Source: Candidatus Latescibacterota bacterium | GTDB taxonomy: Bacteria > Latescibacterota > UBA2968 > UBA8231 | DNA length: 64,000 bases | Assembly (NCBI GenBank): GCA_965203355.1 | Contig: OZ241889.1 | Location: forward strand, 3,712,001 to 3,776,000 | Direction: 5' to 3' | Notes under the pieces: generated by a model | Told to the model about the DNA's origin: nothing | Databases searched by the model: none | The model's input: the letters and a program-made list of their open reading frames with translations, nothing else | Translations under genes and position numbers: made by a program | In this document: piece after piece, positions 1 to 10,167 of the stretch | Layout: each line of letters starts with the position of its first letter | Numbering within the stretch: position 1 is the stretch's first letter

Positions 1-1
1 A

Positions 2-937
2 AATGCCCAAGTCCGCCGCCTGCTAGCCCAAGCCGACCGGATCGCTGAGTTCCCAGCGACCGTGCTCCTCACTGGCGAAAGCGGCACGGGCAAAGAAGTG
101 TTGGCGAGGCGTTTGCACAGGCGCAGCCCAAGGCGCCGGGCCTCGTTTGTGCGTCTCAACTGCGCCTCGCTGCCCGAAGGCGTGCTGGAGAGTGAACTGT
201 TCGGGCACGAAAAAGGATCCTTTACGGGCGCGGTCCGCCAGCACTTGGGCCGCTTTGAACTAGCGAATCGCGGGACCTTGTTTCTCGACGAAATTGGCGC
301 AGCGGATATGCGCGTACAACTGCGCCTGTTGCGCGTCCTGCAAGAACGCGAGTTCGAGCGCGTCGGCGGCGCCGAGACTTTGCGGGTAGATGTGCGGGTC
401 ATTGCCGCCACCAACGTCGATTTGCGGGAAGAGGTCCGCAAGGGAACGTTCCGCGAGGACCTGTTCTATCGGCTCAACGTCGTACCGCTCAAGCTGCCGC
501 CACTGCGCCAGCGCAAGGGAGACATTCCCCTACTAATCGAGCACTTTATCCGCCGATTGGCCGCGCAAAACGGGTGCAAAATTCGCGGGATTGACGCCGC
601 GGCCTTAAACCACTTCTTGGCCTATCCATGGCCGGGCAATGTGCGGCAGTTGGAAAACGCGCTCGAACGCATGGTCCTCCTCGCAAGCGATAGCTTGTTG
701 CGAGAAGAAGACGTGCCCGAAGAGATCGTCCACTGGCAAGACGAAGAAGATCCCGATCTAAGCCAGCGCGATTTTAAGGAAGCGCGGAACTCGTTTGAGC
801 GACACTTCCTCTGCGAGGCTCTGCACCGACATCGCGGGGTGATTTCGCAAGTAGCCGAAGACGTGGGCCTTTCGCGCAAAAGCCTGTACGCAAAGCTAGA
901 ACACCTCGACATCGACTACCAACACTACCGCACCTAA
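2..937 (+). CDS. sigma-54-dependent transcriptional activator (NtrC/Fis family), 5'-truncated by window edge
   Basis: Frame open from base 2; GESGTGKE Walker A, ESELFGHEKGSFTGA (GAFTGA-like), LFLDEIG, FREDLFYRLNV, WPGNVRQLEN, C-terminal Fis-type HTH. Confidence 0.95.
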   Translation, partial: NAQVRRLLAQADRIAEFPATVLLTGESGTGKEVLARRLHRRSPRRRASFVRLNCASLPEGVLESELFGHEKGSFTGAVRQHLGRFELANRGTLFLDEIGAADMRVQLRLLRVLQEREFERVGGAETLRVDVRVIAATNVDLREEVRKGTFREDLFYRLNVVPLKLPPLRQRKGDIPLLIEHFIRRLAAQNGCKIRGIDAAALNHFLAYPWPGNVRQLENALERMVLLASDSLLREEDVPEEIVHWQDEEDPDLSQRDFKEARNSFERHFLCEALHRHRGVISQVAEDVGLSRKSLYAKLEHLDIDYQHYRT

Positions 938-938
938 C

Positions 939-1997
939 TCACATGCGCGTGGCGAGCGCACGGCGGAATTTCGCCATCTGGCCTTCGAGATAGCTCCGGT
1001 GCTCGCCATCGGTCGGCTCGATCGCGAGGGCCTGGCGCATAATGGCCACGGCGTGGTCAGGCCGCCCCAACAGGTGTAGCAATTCCGCATAAGTGTCCAA
1101 ATAGACCGGGCTTTCCGCTTCGAGCTTGACCGCGCGCATCGACAGACTCAGCGCATGGCTAAGACGCAAGCCCTCTTCTGCATAGGTCCAAGCCAAGTTG
1201 TTGAGGACCAGCGGATCGTCGGGAGCATCGGCCAAAGCGCGCTCGTAGTATTCAATAGCACCGTCGGGCCGCTCGCGCTCGTAGTAGATGCGGGCGATCT
1301 CAACGGCACTAACGATCCCGGCTGTCAGCGCGTGCTCAAAAGTGCGAGTGGCCTGTTCCGCAAGCCCTTGGCGGAGCTGGCAATCGCCCAAGGTGAGGAC
1401 GAGTTGCCGGTCATCGGGTTGAATGCGCACGGCCTCGGCGAGCGCGGCCTCGGCCTCGGCGAATCGCCCCTGGGCAATCAAAAGGCGACCGAGTTCAATG
1501 TGGGCGAAGAGGTGGTGCTCGTCGAGTCGGATGGCTTGGCGCAGCGCTTCTACGGCGGCGGCGGGCCGCTCTTGCCGGGCGCGGAGCCAGCCCTCGGTTG
1601 CCCACAGCGACGCACTTTCTCCGTGGGCTGCGCGCAGTTGCGCGAGGAGTTTTTCGGTTTGGGCGAAGTGCTCCTCTTTTTTGCCAATGTCGCGCAAGGC
1701 CCGGTACAGGTCGTCGTTGTCCGGTGCCAAGGCAGCGGCTTGGCCGATCAGTTCCAGTGCGGCATCTACTTCGTCTAGGCCCAGCCGGGCGAGGGCGGCG
1801 ATGAGCAGCAAGCGGTCATCCGGCCCGTCTTGGCGAATGGCCCGGCGGGTTTCGGCCAAGGCTTGGTCGTAGAGGCCATCGCGCAAATAGGCGTACGCTA
1901 GCTGGGCGTGCTCGGCTCGATAAGCCCCGCATTGTGGGTTGCTGATGACGAACGCGCCGAGTAGGGCGCAGCACATCGCCTGTCTAGCAACGCGCAT
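939..1997 (-). CDS. tetratricopeptide repeat protein, probably exported
   Basis: Signal-like N-terminus, repeated TPR patterns (AIEYYERAL..APDDPLVLNNLAW). Confidence 0.85.
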   Translation of the reverse strand: MRVARQAMCCALLGAFVISNPQCGAYRAEHAQLAYAYLRDGLYDQALAETRRAIRQDGPDDRLLLIAALARLGLDEVDAALELIGQAAALAPDNDDLYRALRDIGKKEEHFAQTEKLLAQLRAAHGESASLWATEGWLRARQERPAAAVEALRQAIRLDEHHLFAHIELGRLLIAQGRFAEAEAALAEAVRIQPDDRQLVLTLGDCQLRQGLAEQATRTFEHALTAGIVSAVEIARIYYERERPDGAIEYYERALADAPDDPLVLNNLAWTYAEEGLRLSHALSLSMRAVKLEAESPVYLDTYAELLHLLGRPDHAVAIMRQALAIEPTDGEHRSYLEGQMAKFRRALATRM

Positions 1998-3236
1998 TCA
2001 AAACTCGTGGCGGTAGGTGCCGATGTGGAGGAGTAAACCGATGGCGAGGAGGTTGGACAGCAGCGAAGAGCCTCCCGAACTGAGGAAGGGCAGCGGCAGG
2101 CCGGTGATGGGCATGACGCCGATAGTCATGCCAACGTTGATAAACACGTGAAAGGTCAGCATCACAGCCAAGCCGAGGGCTGTTAGGCTGTAAAAGGCAT
2201 TGTTGGCCATGGAGGCGATGTGCAGTGCTCGATAAATGAGAAGGAAGAACAGGCCCAGCACTATCAAGGCCATGACAAATCCCCCCTCCTCGGCAATGAC
2301 CGAGAAGATAAAATCGGTATGAGCGGCCGGCAGAAACTGGTGCTTAGTCTGCGTGCCTTCTAGCAGGCCCTTACCCGTCAGCCCGCCGGAGCCAATGGCG
2401 ATCTTGGATTGGATGATGTTCCACCCAGAGCCAAGCGGATCGCTCGCCGGATTGAAGAAGGTCATAATGCGGGCCTTTTGGTATGGGTGCAGAAAATTCT
2501 CCAAAAAGTACACCGTGAGCAAACCCGCCGAGGTATTGACGACGGCCAGGGAAATGGTCAACCAGAGTTGGCGCGTAAAGTGATGAACCAAAAAGGTGCT
2601 GCCGATGACAAAGCCGGCGAAAACATAGGGAGTACTCTGTTGCCACAGCGGATCTAAGGAGCAGAAGACGCTGATGAACGGAGAGAGGAGGAGGAGAATG
2701 AAAAACTTGCGCATCCCCGCCCAATAGAGCATGGGGAAAAACGGCGCACCAAAAGAAATCGCGGTCCCCAAGTCGGGCTGGCGCACGATCAAGGCCATCG
2801 GCACCAATACGAGGACCAAGGCCCCGAAAAAGCCGCCGAAGGAGTTGATGTGTTCGGCGTTGCGATCGCTCAGGTAACGAGCCAGGGCTATGATGGTGGC
2901 GATCTTGGCCAGTTCTGAAGGCTGTAACATCATCGGTCCCAAGCGCAACCAACGAGTAGCATCGCCCGTACCCCACATCAGCACCGCGACTAGGCTCACA
3001 ATGCTGAACAGATACAGCAGGTACGCCACGCTGTAAATGACCTTTTCCGGGATATAGACGATGGCTATGGCCACGGCAAAAGCCAAAACAGCGAATTGGA
3101 GTTGCTTAATCCAAGCGTTCTGCACCGAGGTAGAGTCGTTGTGATACGTAGCACTGTAAATCGCGATGATACCGATCAGTACGGTCGCCAAAGTCGCCAT
3201 CAGGAGCGGAACATCGAGCCTGCGGATCAAGCGCAT
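1998..3236 (-). CDS. rodA: rod shape-determining protein RodA (SEDS)
   Basis: Multi-TM; QPSELAK, QPDLGT, DPLGSGWNIIQSKIAIGSGG, AHTDFIF, PITGLPLPFLSSGGSS; follows PBP2. Confidence 0.95.
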   Translation of the reverse strand: MRLIRRLDVPLLMATLATVLIGIIAIYSATYHNDSTSVQNAWIKQLQFAVLAFAVAIAIVYIPEKVIYSVAYLLYLFSIVSLVAVLMWGTGDATRWLRLGPMMLQPSELAKIATIIALARYLSDRNAEHINSFGGFFGALVLVLVPMALIVRQPDLGTAISFGAPFFPMLYWAGMRKFFILLLLSPFISVFCSLDPLWQQSTPYVFAGFVIGSTFLVHHFTRQLWLTISLAVVNTSAGLLTVYFLENFLHPYQKARIMTFFNPASDPLGSGWNIIQSKIAIGSGGLTGKGLLEGTQTKHQFLPAAHTDFIFSVIAEEGGFVMALIVLGLFFLLIYRALHIASMANNAFYSLTALGLAVMLTFHVFINVGMTIGVMPITGLPLPFLSSGGSSLLSNLLAIGLLLHIGTYRHEF

Positions 3237-3239
3237 GAG

Positions 3240-5018
3240 TTAAAGCATTCCCTCGTTAGTCAACAGCGTGTCCACCTCGGTCACTTCCGGCTCAATGATG
3301 CCCTCTTGAATGCAAAAGGCTTTGACGACCTCGCGCACAACTGGGCCGACGCGCGCCCCGCCACTGCCGCCCCCTTCGACCACGGCCGCGATGGCAATGG
3401 CGGGGTTATCGTACGGGGCAAAAGCCACCATCCAAGCGTCATCCTCCCGACTAGGCACTTGGGCAGTACCCGTCTTGGCCGCAATCGCGACGCCGTCAAC
3501 CCGCGCTCGGCGGCCAGTACCGGTATCGCTGGCCACCACCCGGCGCATGGCCTTTCTCACGATGCTGAGCGTCCGCGACGAAATGCCGTCAATGCGTTGG
3601 CGGCGCGGGGGATCGCCTCTGACGTGTGGCGAGACCAAATAACCGCCGTTGGCAATGGCGGCCACGTAGCGGGCCATCTGCATGGGCGTGACTAACAAGG
3701 AACCTTGACCAATGGAGAGGTTGAGCAAGTGGCCAAAGGACCAGCCACCGCGCTCCTCATGGTACTGGCGCGAGGGCAGGAGACCAGCCAATTCCCCGGG
3801 ATAGGTGATCCCGGTCGGCCGGCCGAAGCCTAACTTGGCCCCGTACTTGTGCCACGTTTCAACGCTCATCAACCGCGCCAAATGGTAGAAGTAAACATTA
3901 CAGGAGACCTCGATCGCCTCCGGCAGGGTCAGGCTACCGTGGCCTGTTCGCTTGTGACAGCGGAACGTGCTCCTACCCACCTGCAATGCACCATAGCAAG
4001 GCTCAAACAGGCTCAGCGTATCGGTGACGCCCGTTTCGAGCGCGGCTATGGCACTGACCATCTTAAACGTCGAGCCAGGCGGATAACGCCCTTGCAAAGC
4101 GCGGTTGAGTAGCATTGTCTCGCTCTGCAACACCCGCCGCCGCTCCTCTTGGGCTTGGAACGACACGAAAATGTTGGGATCAAAACTCGGCTTGCTGACC
4201 AAAGCCAGCACAGCCCCAGTGCGCGGGTCAAGGGCAACCAGCGCACTGGCAAAGCTATCGGGCAAGGCGCGCTCGGCCGCTAGCTGCACTTCCAAGTCAA
4301 GGGTCAGGTGTAGAGGCGCGCCGGGCACGGGAAGCCGATCGCGCTCTGGAAACTCGCGGCCCGTGCGACCGGTCGCGTCAATTTCGACGTACATCATGCC
4401 ATCGCGGCCGCGTAGGCTGTTTTCGTACACTTTCTCAATCCCGGTCTTGCCGATAAAATCGCCGAGTACATAGGCGTTTTCATTGTTCCCTTGGAGATCT
4501 TGGTCGCGGATGATGCCGATATAACCAAGCAAATGGGCGGCGGCTGTACCGTAGGGATAGTAGCGCTGGGTCTCGATTTCAATGTCGAGCAGAGGCCAAT
4601 CGGCTTTGAGTCGCTCTTCGATGATCGATACTGTACGGAAGTCGACATCGCGCTTGAGGCGGATGGTGCGATATTTGCGACTGTATTCTCCGTCTAGTTC
4701 TACATCCCCGATGGCCCTTGTAAACGCTGTGGTGGCCGCCTCAAAGTCCTTGCGCGTGGTGCGCTCTAACGCGACAGTGTAAAAGGGGCGGGTGCGGGCC
4801 AATATGCGTCCATCGCGGTCGTAGATCAGCCCGCGGGGAGCTTTGACGCGCCGCTGAGCAATGCGGTTTTCCTCGGACTCGCGCGCGTAGTCGGCCGAGG
4901 AGACGACCTGCAAATAGAACAGACGCAGGAGCAAAATCGCGAACAACAAGACGACGGGCGCGAGCAGGATTTTGAGGGGCGGGTGCTCATCTTGTGGCAG
5001 TGGATGTTGCATGATCAA
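3240..5018 (-). CDS. mrdA: penicillin-binding protein 2
   Basis: N-terminal TM, RGLIYDRDG, STFK (SxxK), SCN (SxN), KTGTAQ; between mreD and rodA. Confidence 0.95.
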   Translation of the reverse strand: MIMQHPLPQDEHPPLKILLAPVVLLFAILLLRLFYLQVVSSADYARESEENRIAQRRVKAPRGLIYDRDGRILARTRPFYTVALERTTRKDFEAATTAFTRAIGDVELDGEYSRKYRTIRLKRDVDFRTVSIIEERLKADWPLLDIEIETQRYYPYGTAAAHLLGYIGIIRDQDLQGNNENAYVLGDFIGKTGIEKVYENSLRGRDGMMYVEIDATGRTGREFPERDRLPVPGAPLHLTLDLEVQLAAERALPDSFASALVALDPRTGAVLALVSKPSFDPNIFVSFQAQEERRRVLQSETMLLNRALQGRYPPGSTFKMVSAIAALETGVTDTLSLFEPCYGALQVGRSTFRCHKRTGHGSLTLPEAIEVSCNVYFYHLARLMSVETWHKYGAKLGFGRPTGITYPGELAGLLPSRQYHEERGGWSFGHLLNLSIGQGSLLVTPMQMARYVAAIANGGYLVSPHVRGDPPRRQRIDGISSRTLSIVRKAMRRVVASDTGTGRRARVDGVAIAAKTGTAQVPSREDDAWMVAFAPYDNPAIAIAAVVEGGGSGGARVGPVVREVVKAFCIQEGIIEPEVTEVDTLLTNEGML

Positions 5019-5491
5019 GCGGGAAAGAGATAGCGTTTGATGAGCAAGCCGACCAAGAAAACCGCACTGATCAGGCCCGTGAACGCAGCGCGGCCCAAAA
5101 TCTTGAAAATTTCAACTTCAAAAAAGGCCACGTCAGCGCCGGTAAACGTATAATAGATGAGATCATGGACGATCACAGCACAGAAAATCAGCGCGGTCTG
5201 CATTTGAATGCTGTCGGAGACGATGTGAGTATGACTGTAGCCAAAGCCCGCGCCAATGAGCGACTTGGCGAGTGCGTTGACCCCGAGGTCGGCGGGCGTA
5301 TAGAGGTCTTGGAAGATGCCCAGCCCCAGCCCCATATAGGCCCCGACCACCGGCCCGCGGCGCAGCGCAACAAGACTCAACGCCACAATCAATAAATCGG
5401 GTTTGATCGACCCTATCTTAATAGAATCAACCCAAGTGGTTTGCAGGATGAAGGCCAGTGCTAACAAAAAAATATGGCGGACCGCACTCAT
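5015..5491 (-). CDS. mreD: rod shape-determining protein MreD
   Basis: Start re-called at MSAVRHIF (5491); hydrophobic, IKPDLLIV, G..QD motif; upstream of mrdA. Confidence 0.85.
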   Translation of the reverse strand: MSAVRHIFLLALAFILQTTWVDSIKIGSIKPDLLIVALSLVALRRGPVVGAYMGLGLGIFQDLYTPADLGVNALAKSLIGAGFGYSHTHIVSDSIQMQTALIFCAVIVHDLIYYTFTGADVAFFEVEIFKILGRAAFTGLISAVFLVGLLIKRYLFPA

Positions 5492-5492
5492 G

Positions 5493-7391
5493 TCACCTCG
5501 GGATTTGCAAGGTCGTACCCGCCAGCAGCGTCTCCGAGAGGCCGATGTTGTTCTGGCGAGCAATAGCACTGGGAGCGAGGCCGAATCTGCGCGCAATACC
5601 GTGCAGCGTATCACCGGCGACCACGGTGTACATCTGCGTTTGTTCGTTGGCCACGGTTAGCTGTTGGCCCGGTTTAATCAGCACCCTTTTGAGGCCGTTC
5701 CACGCCTGCAAGTCGGCCACGCTAACCGAAAAGTCGCGGGCCAAGTCCCACAGCGTATCGCCCGGCTGCACCGTGTAGGTTTTGCCACCGCTCAGCACTT
5801 CTTGGCGGCTAGACGGCTGTTGCACCACCAATTTCTGACCGGGCTTGATCAGCGTGGTATGGAGGCCGTTCCATTGCATCAGGTCGCGCAGGCGCACCCC
5901 GTGCCTAAAGGCGATGGTGCTGAGCGAATCTTTCGGGCGCACCGTGTAGGTCTTCTCGCTGCGATTCGCTTGCTTGGCATGCTGGACAATCGGAGCCGAG
6001 ATCGGGATATAGAGCACTTGCCGCGGTCGGATGAGATTGGGGTTTTTGAGGCTATTGGCCGCGATGACGACCCGCGTGGAAACGCCAAAGATCTGGGCGA
6101 TGCTAGAGATCGTGTCGCCGCGTTGCACCTGGTACTGATGGATCGCGGCTCCCGGCGGGACCGGCAGGCTAGCGTACTGGTCGAGCAAGATCCGGCCCTG
6201 GCCCGGCGGCACCTTCAAAACATAAGGCCGGCGGCTCCCCGGCGGCGTGATGTCTTGGCGCAGCTCGGGATTGAGGTCGTGCAACACCCCGCGTTCAATG
6301 CCCAACAGCTTGGCGGCCGCTTTCAGATCGACATAGAGCCAGTCTTTGGGCAGGACGACTTCTTCGTATGCAAAGGCCGACTCTTCGGCTTGAGGTTCAA
6401 AACCAAAAAGCGACGGCTCCTTGGCTATGATGGTCGCGGCCATAAAAAGCGGTACGTAGTTTTTTGTTTCGCGGGGCAGATCGAGTTGCCAGTAGTCATT
6501 GGTGTCGGCGCGGGCGATGGCCCGGCGGACTCGCCCAGGCCCGGCGTTGTACGCCGCCAACGCTAAACGCCAGTCGCCAAACTCGGCCAAAAGGTCTTTT
6601 AGGTACCGGGTAGCCGCAACGGTCGCCTTGACCGGATCGCGCCGCTCGTCAACCCAGTGGTTTCGCTTGAGGCCCATCATGCGACCAGTGTGCGCCATAA
6701 ACTGCCACAATCCCACCGCACGCGACCGCGAATAGGCCCTTGGGTTGAGACCACTTTCGATAACCGCTAGATAGAAAAGATCGCTGGGCATCCCCTCGCG
6801 TTGGAGAATATCGGTGATCAGGGTGCGATAGCGCCCAGCGCGCCGCAACCAAGTGGCAAAGGTCTGGCGGCCCCGCGTCTGAAAAAATTGGAGACTGGCA
6901 ATGACGCGGTCATTGGCATCAATGGGCATGTCGCTGCGGCGACCGAGACGTTGGATGAGCACCAAAGGCTTGGCATCGGTCGGCAGATCCTCGATTTTTT
7001 CCTGAGATAGCCCTTCAAGTAAAAGGTTCAAATGGCTGTCGGCGGGAAAGCGCTCCAAGTGCGGCAACAGGTAGAGATAGGTCTGCTCAATGGCTAAGCT
7101 GAGAGCCGCCGCCTGCGCGGTATCCACCAGCGCGTCGTGCTGGTCGAGGTCCGCGAGAATGCCAAGGGCCGCATCGAGCGATTCTTGCGCCCGTTGAGTC
7201 TGACCGAGAGCGTGGCTTTCGGTAGCAAACAGCAAGTGCCAGCGAACAGCGCGTAAATCGGCCGTATCTGGCGGTGGATCCTCAACCGTCACGACCGGGG
7301 CGACCTCATCGTCGAAGACCTTCGGTCCGGTGCTTTTGCCATGGGCACAAGCCATGAGCAGTAAGGCGATGACACAGCAGCACAAGCGCAT
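5493..7391 (-). CDS. MltD-like lytic transglycosylase lipoprotein with four LysM domains
   Basis: Lipobox LLMAC; SLT motifs IESG, GLWQFM, AAYNAG, ETKNYV; four Y.V..GD(T/S) LysM repeats. Confidence 0.9.
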   Translation of the reverse strand: MRLCCCVIALLLMACAHGKSTGPKVFDDEVAPVVTVEDPPPDTADLRAVRWHLLFATESHALGQTQRAQESLDAALGILADLDQHDALVDTAQAAALSLAIEQTYLYLLPHLERFPADSHLNLLLEGLSQEKIEDLPTDAKPLVLIQRLGRRSDMPIDANDRVIASLQFFQTRGRQTFATWLRRAGRYRTLITDILQREGMPSDLFYLAVIESGLNPRAYSRSRAVGLWQFMAHTGRMMGLKRNHWVDERRDPVKATVAATRYLKDLLAEFGDWRLALAAYNAGPGRVRRAIARADTNDYWQLDLPRETKNYVPLFMAATIIAKEPSLFGFEPQAEESAFAYEEVVLPKDWLYVDLKAAAKLLGIERGVLHDLNPELRQDITPPGSRRPYVLKVPPGQGRILLDQYASLPVPPGAAIHQYQVQRGDTISSIAQIFGVSTRVVIAANSLKNPNLIRPRQVLYIPISAPIVQHAKQANRSEKTYTVRPKDSLSTIAFRHGVRLRDLMQWNGLHTTLIKPGQKLVVQQPSSRQEVLSGGKTYTVQPGDTLWDLARDFSVSVADLQAWNGLKRVLIKPGQQLTVANEQTQMYTVVAGDTLHGIARRFGLAPSAIARQNNIGLSETLLAGTTLQIPR

Positions 7392-7397
7392 GGCGCG

Positions 7398-8174
7398 TTA
7401 CTCCTCCTGCGAGACGATAATCTGGGAGCGGACCTTGAGGGCGTTGGGGTAATACCTCCCTATTCGTTCGGCCGCGGCCTGGGCTTGCGCCTCGGTCCGA
7501 TAGTTGCCGACTTCGATCTTGTAGTACGGTCCCCTAAGAATCACGTTGATGTCTTCGCGCTTCAGGCGCTTTTTGGCCTCTTCCGCGAGGCGAACGGCCT
7601 TGTCGTGATCGTGCGCTAGGAACTGGTCGATCAGCACTCGCCAGCCAGTGATACTCACCATCTCGGGCGCGGCCTCGGCCGGAACGGCGTTGGGCCCTGC
7701 GCTCGTCGGAACTTCGACGACATAGGCATCGGCGTAATCCGGGCCCAGTGCGGCAACCTGTTCCTTGAGGGCCGCGGCCGCGGCGTAGGTAGCGTATTGG
7801 CCAGCTTGCAAAACCGAATGTGCGTTGCGGACCACCAGATAAACCCTCACGCCGAGTGTACGCTCTAATTCGGCGCGGCGCTGGCGGGCTATGGCTTCAT
7901 TACTCAGGGCCACTAGCTGGAGGCGATAGACCGAAGTGCTCCCGGCCAGGGTGGGATCTTGTGCGGAAGCCTCTGGCTCCGCTCGGACTGGGGCCTGCTC
8001 GCGGTTTTCTCGTTGAACCGGCTCAATTAGCAAATCTTCGTCGAGCGTACGCGGATCGAATTCTTCGCGGCGGACCGGTTCGGAATCGCCCGCATCACTG
8101 CGCCAGCGCGGTGCGCTCGCGCAGTGGGCCGTACCGAGCAGGGCCAGCAAGAGGAGGAAAAAGTACGTTTTCAT
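7398..8174 (-). CDS. SPOR-domain exported protein
   Basis: Signal peptide; two SPOR-like segments (YRLQLVAL, YYKIEVGNYRTEAQAQAAA). Confidence 0.7.
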   Translation of the reverse strand: MKTYFFLLLLALLGTAHCASAPRWRSDAGDSEPVRREEFDPRTLDEDLLIEPVQRENREQAPVRAEPEASAQDPTLAGSTSVYRLQLVALSNEAIARQRRAELERTLGVRVYLVVRNAHSVLQAGQYATYAAAAALKEQVAALGPDYADAYVVEVPTSAGPNAVPAEAAPEMVSITGWRVLIDQFLAHDHDKAVRLAEEAKKRLKREDINVILRGPYYKIEVGNYRTEAQAQAAAERIGRYYPNALKVRSQIIVSQEE

Positions 8175-9211
8175 GGCTCAATCCAAGCGCGCAGGGTGGG
8201 TTCGTACGGAGCGCGGGCGACGCCCTTTTCCGAAATGATCGCCGACACCAAGTCGCCGGGCGTGACGTCAAAGGCCGGATTGTAAACCGGCACCGCGTCC
8301 GGGGCTGTGCGCTGGCCCATGCCTTGGCGCACCTCGGCCGCGTCGCGCTTTTCAATGGGGATTTCCGCACCCGAGGCCAAGGCCAGGTCGAGGGTTGAGA
8401 CCGGCGCGGCCACGTAGAAAGGCACGTCGTGTTCGCGGGCGAGGATCGCCAGCCCATAGGTGCCAATTTTGTTGGCCACGTCGCCATTTTTGGCGATGCG
8501 GTCCGCGCCCACGATACAGCAGTCAATCGCCTCATTGCGCAGCACGACCGCAGCCGCATTGTCGCAGATGACCTTGACGTCGATGCCGCTCTGCATCAAC
8601 TCCCATGCGGTCAGCCGCGAACCTTGGAGCAAGGGGCGAGTTTCGTCGGCAAATACGGCGACTTTCTTACCTGCCTCTTGGGCCGCATAGACGATGCCCA
8701 AGGCCGTGCCGTAGTCGGCCGTGGCCAAGCTGCCGGCGTTGCAGTGGGTGATGACTTGGCTGCCATCGCGCAGGAGCGCCGCGCCGTGGGCACCAATCTG
8801 GCGGCAGACTTGGCGGTCTTCCTCAAAGAGGCGGTGAGCAGCCGCTAGCAAGGCGGCGCAGACAGCGCGGTTATCGCGGCCCCGATTCGCCCCCAATACC
8901 TCCTGCATCTGATCTAAGGCCCAGAACAGATTGACTGCGGTAGGTCGGGTGCGGGCGAGGCGAGCAATGGCCGTTTCCACGCGACGACAAAAAGCCTCGG
9001 GCGTGCAATCAACCGCGGCGTACGCGCCCACCACCACGCCATACGCAGCCGCCAAGCCAATGGCCGGGGCACCGCGCACCACCAGTCCTTCAATGGCGCG
9101 GGCGATGGCTTCGGTGTCGCGGTAGGTAGTGTACACCAGTTCCTCGGGCAAGCGAGTCTGATCGAGCAAGACCAGCGCGTCGTCTTGCCATTTGAGCGTT
9201 TGCATCGGCAT
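8171..9211 (-). CDS. mtnA: S-methyl-5-thioribose-1-phosphate isomerase
   Basis: LLDQTRLP, VRGAPAIG, RPTAVNL, THCNAG, ETRPLLQGSRLT, NKIGTY, NPAFDVTP. Confidence 0.95.
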   Translation of the reverse strand: MPMQTLKWQDDALVLLDQTRLPEELVYTTYRDTEAIARAIEGLVVRGAPAIGLAAAYGVVVGAYAAVDCTPEAFCRRVETAIARLARTRPTAVNLFWALDQMQEVLGANRGRDNRAVCAALLAAAHRLFEEDRQVCRQIGAHGAALLRDGSQVITHCNAGSLATADYGTALGIVYAAQEAGKKVAVFADETRPLLQGSRLTAWELMQSGIDVKVICDNAAAVVLRNEAIDCCIVGADRIAKNGDVANKIGTYGLAILAREHDVPFYVAAPVSTLDLALASGAEIPIEKRDAAEVRQGMGQRTAPDAVPVYNPAFDVTPGDLVSAIISEKGVARAPYEPTLRAWIEP

Positions 9212-9618
9212 TAGAAGGTCGAAAACTCAAAGGGGTTTTCTGCCGCTTCCTCGGGCGCCCCCCCATCGGGGAAGTCCGTGCGCGCGGCGTCGCCCCACAG
9301 CCTTTCTAGGCCGTAAAAATCGCGCACTTCCTCGCGAAAGATGTGGACGACAAAATCGACGTAATCTATCAGCACCCAGCGCCGCGTATCCACCCCTTCG
9401 ATGTGCCAAGGCTTTTCCCCTATCTCGGCGAGTTGATCCCGCACTTCGTCGGTGAGGCTGCGGATGTGCTGTTCAGAAGTGCCCGTACAGAGCAGGAAGT
9501 AGTCGCAGGTGTCGGTGATGTCGCGCAGGTCCAGCAAGGTTATTGCGAGGGCCTTTTTATCTTGTAAAACTTCTACGATGCGGGCGATGCTCGGCTCTTG
9601 GGACAGACTCATGGACAT
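9211..9618 (-). CDS. rsfS: ribosome silencing factor RsfS
   Basis: DKKA..I, WVLIDY.DFVVHIF, FYGLERLWGDA. Confidence 0.93.
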   Translation of the reverse strand: MSMSLSQEPSIARIVEVLQDKKALAITLLDLRDITDTCDYFLLCTGTSEQHIRSLTDEVRDQLAEIGEKPWHIEGVDTRRWVLIDYVDFVVHIFREEVRDFYGLERLWGDAARTDFPDGGAPEEAAENPFEFSTF

Positions 9619-9630
9619 TTTCTCGCAGGG

Positions 9631-10098
9631 TTACTTAACCGGGTCGAGCAGGCCGATGCGGCGGTAGTCGTGCCCGATGACAATCGAGACGCGCGCCAAG
9701 CTGAACTGATCTTCCTTCTTCTGGCGAATAAAATGGGGGATACCCAAGACATTCGCCACTTGTCTGGCTTGCTCGATATCGCCGTCCAAAGCAACGACGA
9801 TCGTGTGCAGGTGATTGAAGCTGGGTGCATTACCTTCGTGAATCACATCTAGCCCGAGGGCGCGCGCCTTTTTACGGAGACGGGCGGCGATCTGGGGTTC
9901 GCCTCCGCCATTGAGGATTTCGACCCGAATGGGGCTACGCTGGGGAGCGGTTTTCGACTTGGCAACTTCCCGCTGAAGCACGGGCTCGGGGGCCGTAGCA
10001 GAGTGCGGCCAGAAAGCCGTCTTGAGGAGCAGGGCTACGGCCACCGCGGCCAGCCCCCACAAAATTAGCTCTTGCAGGTTGGGGTTTCCTCGCTCCAT
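9631..10098 (-). CDS. LytR C-terminal domain membrane protein
   Basis: N-terminal TM, VEILNGGG...A, IVIGHDY; usual neighbour of rsfS. Confidence 0.8.
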   Translation of the reverse strand: MERGNPNLQELILWGLAAVAVALLLKTAFWPHSATAPEPVLQREVAKSKTAPQRSPIRVEILNGGGEPQIAARLRKKARALGLDVIHEGNAPSFNHLHTIVVALDGDIEQARQVANVLGIPHFIRQKKEDQFSLARVSIVIGHDYRRIGLLDPVK

Positions 10099-10167
10099 TG
10101 CTCCATCGTCATTACATTCAAGTGAATAAGAAACGGCAAGTTACGTCAAGCAAACAAAGGAAGAACC

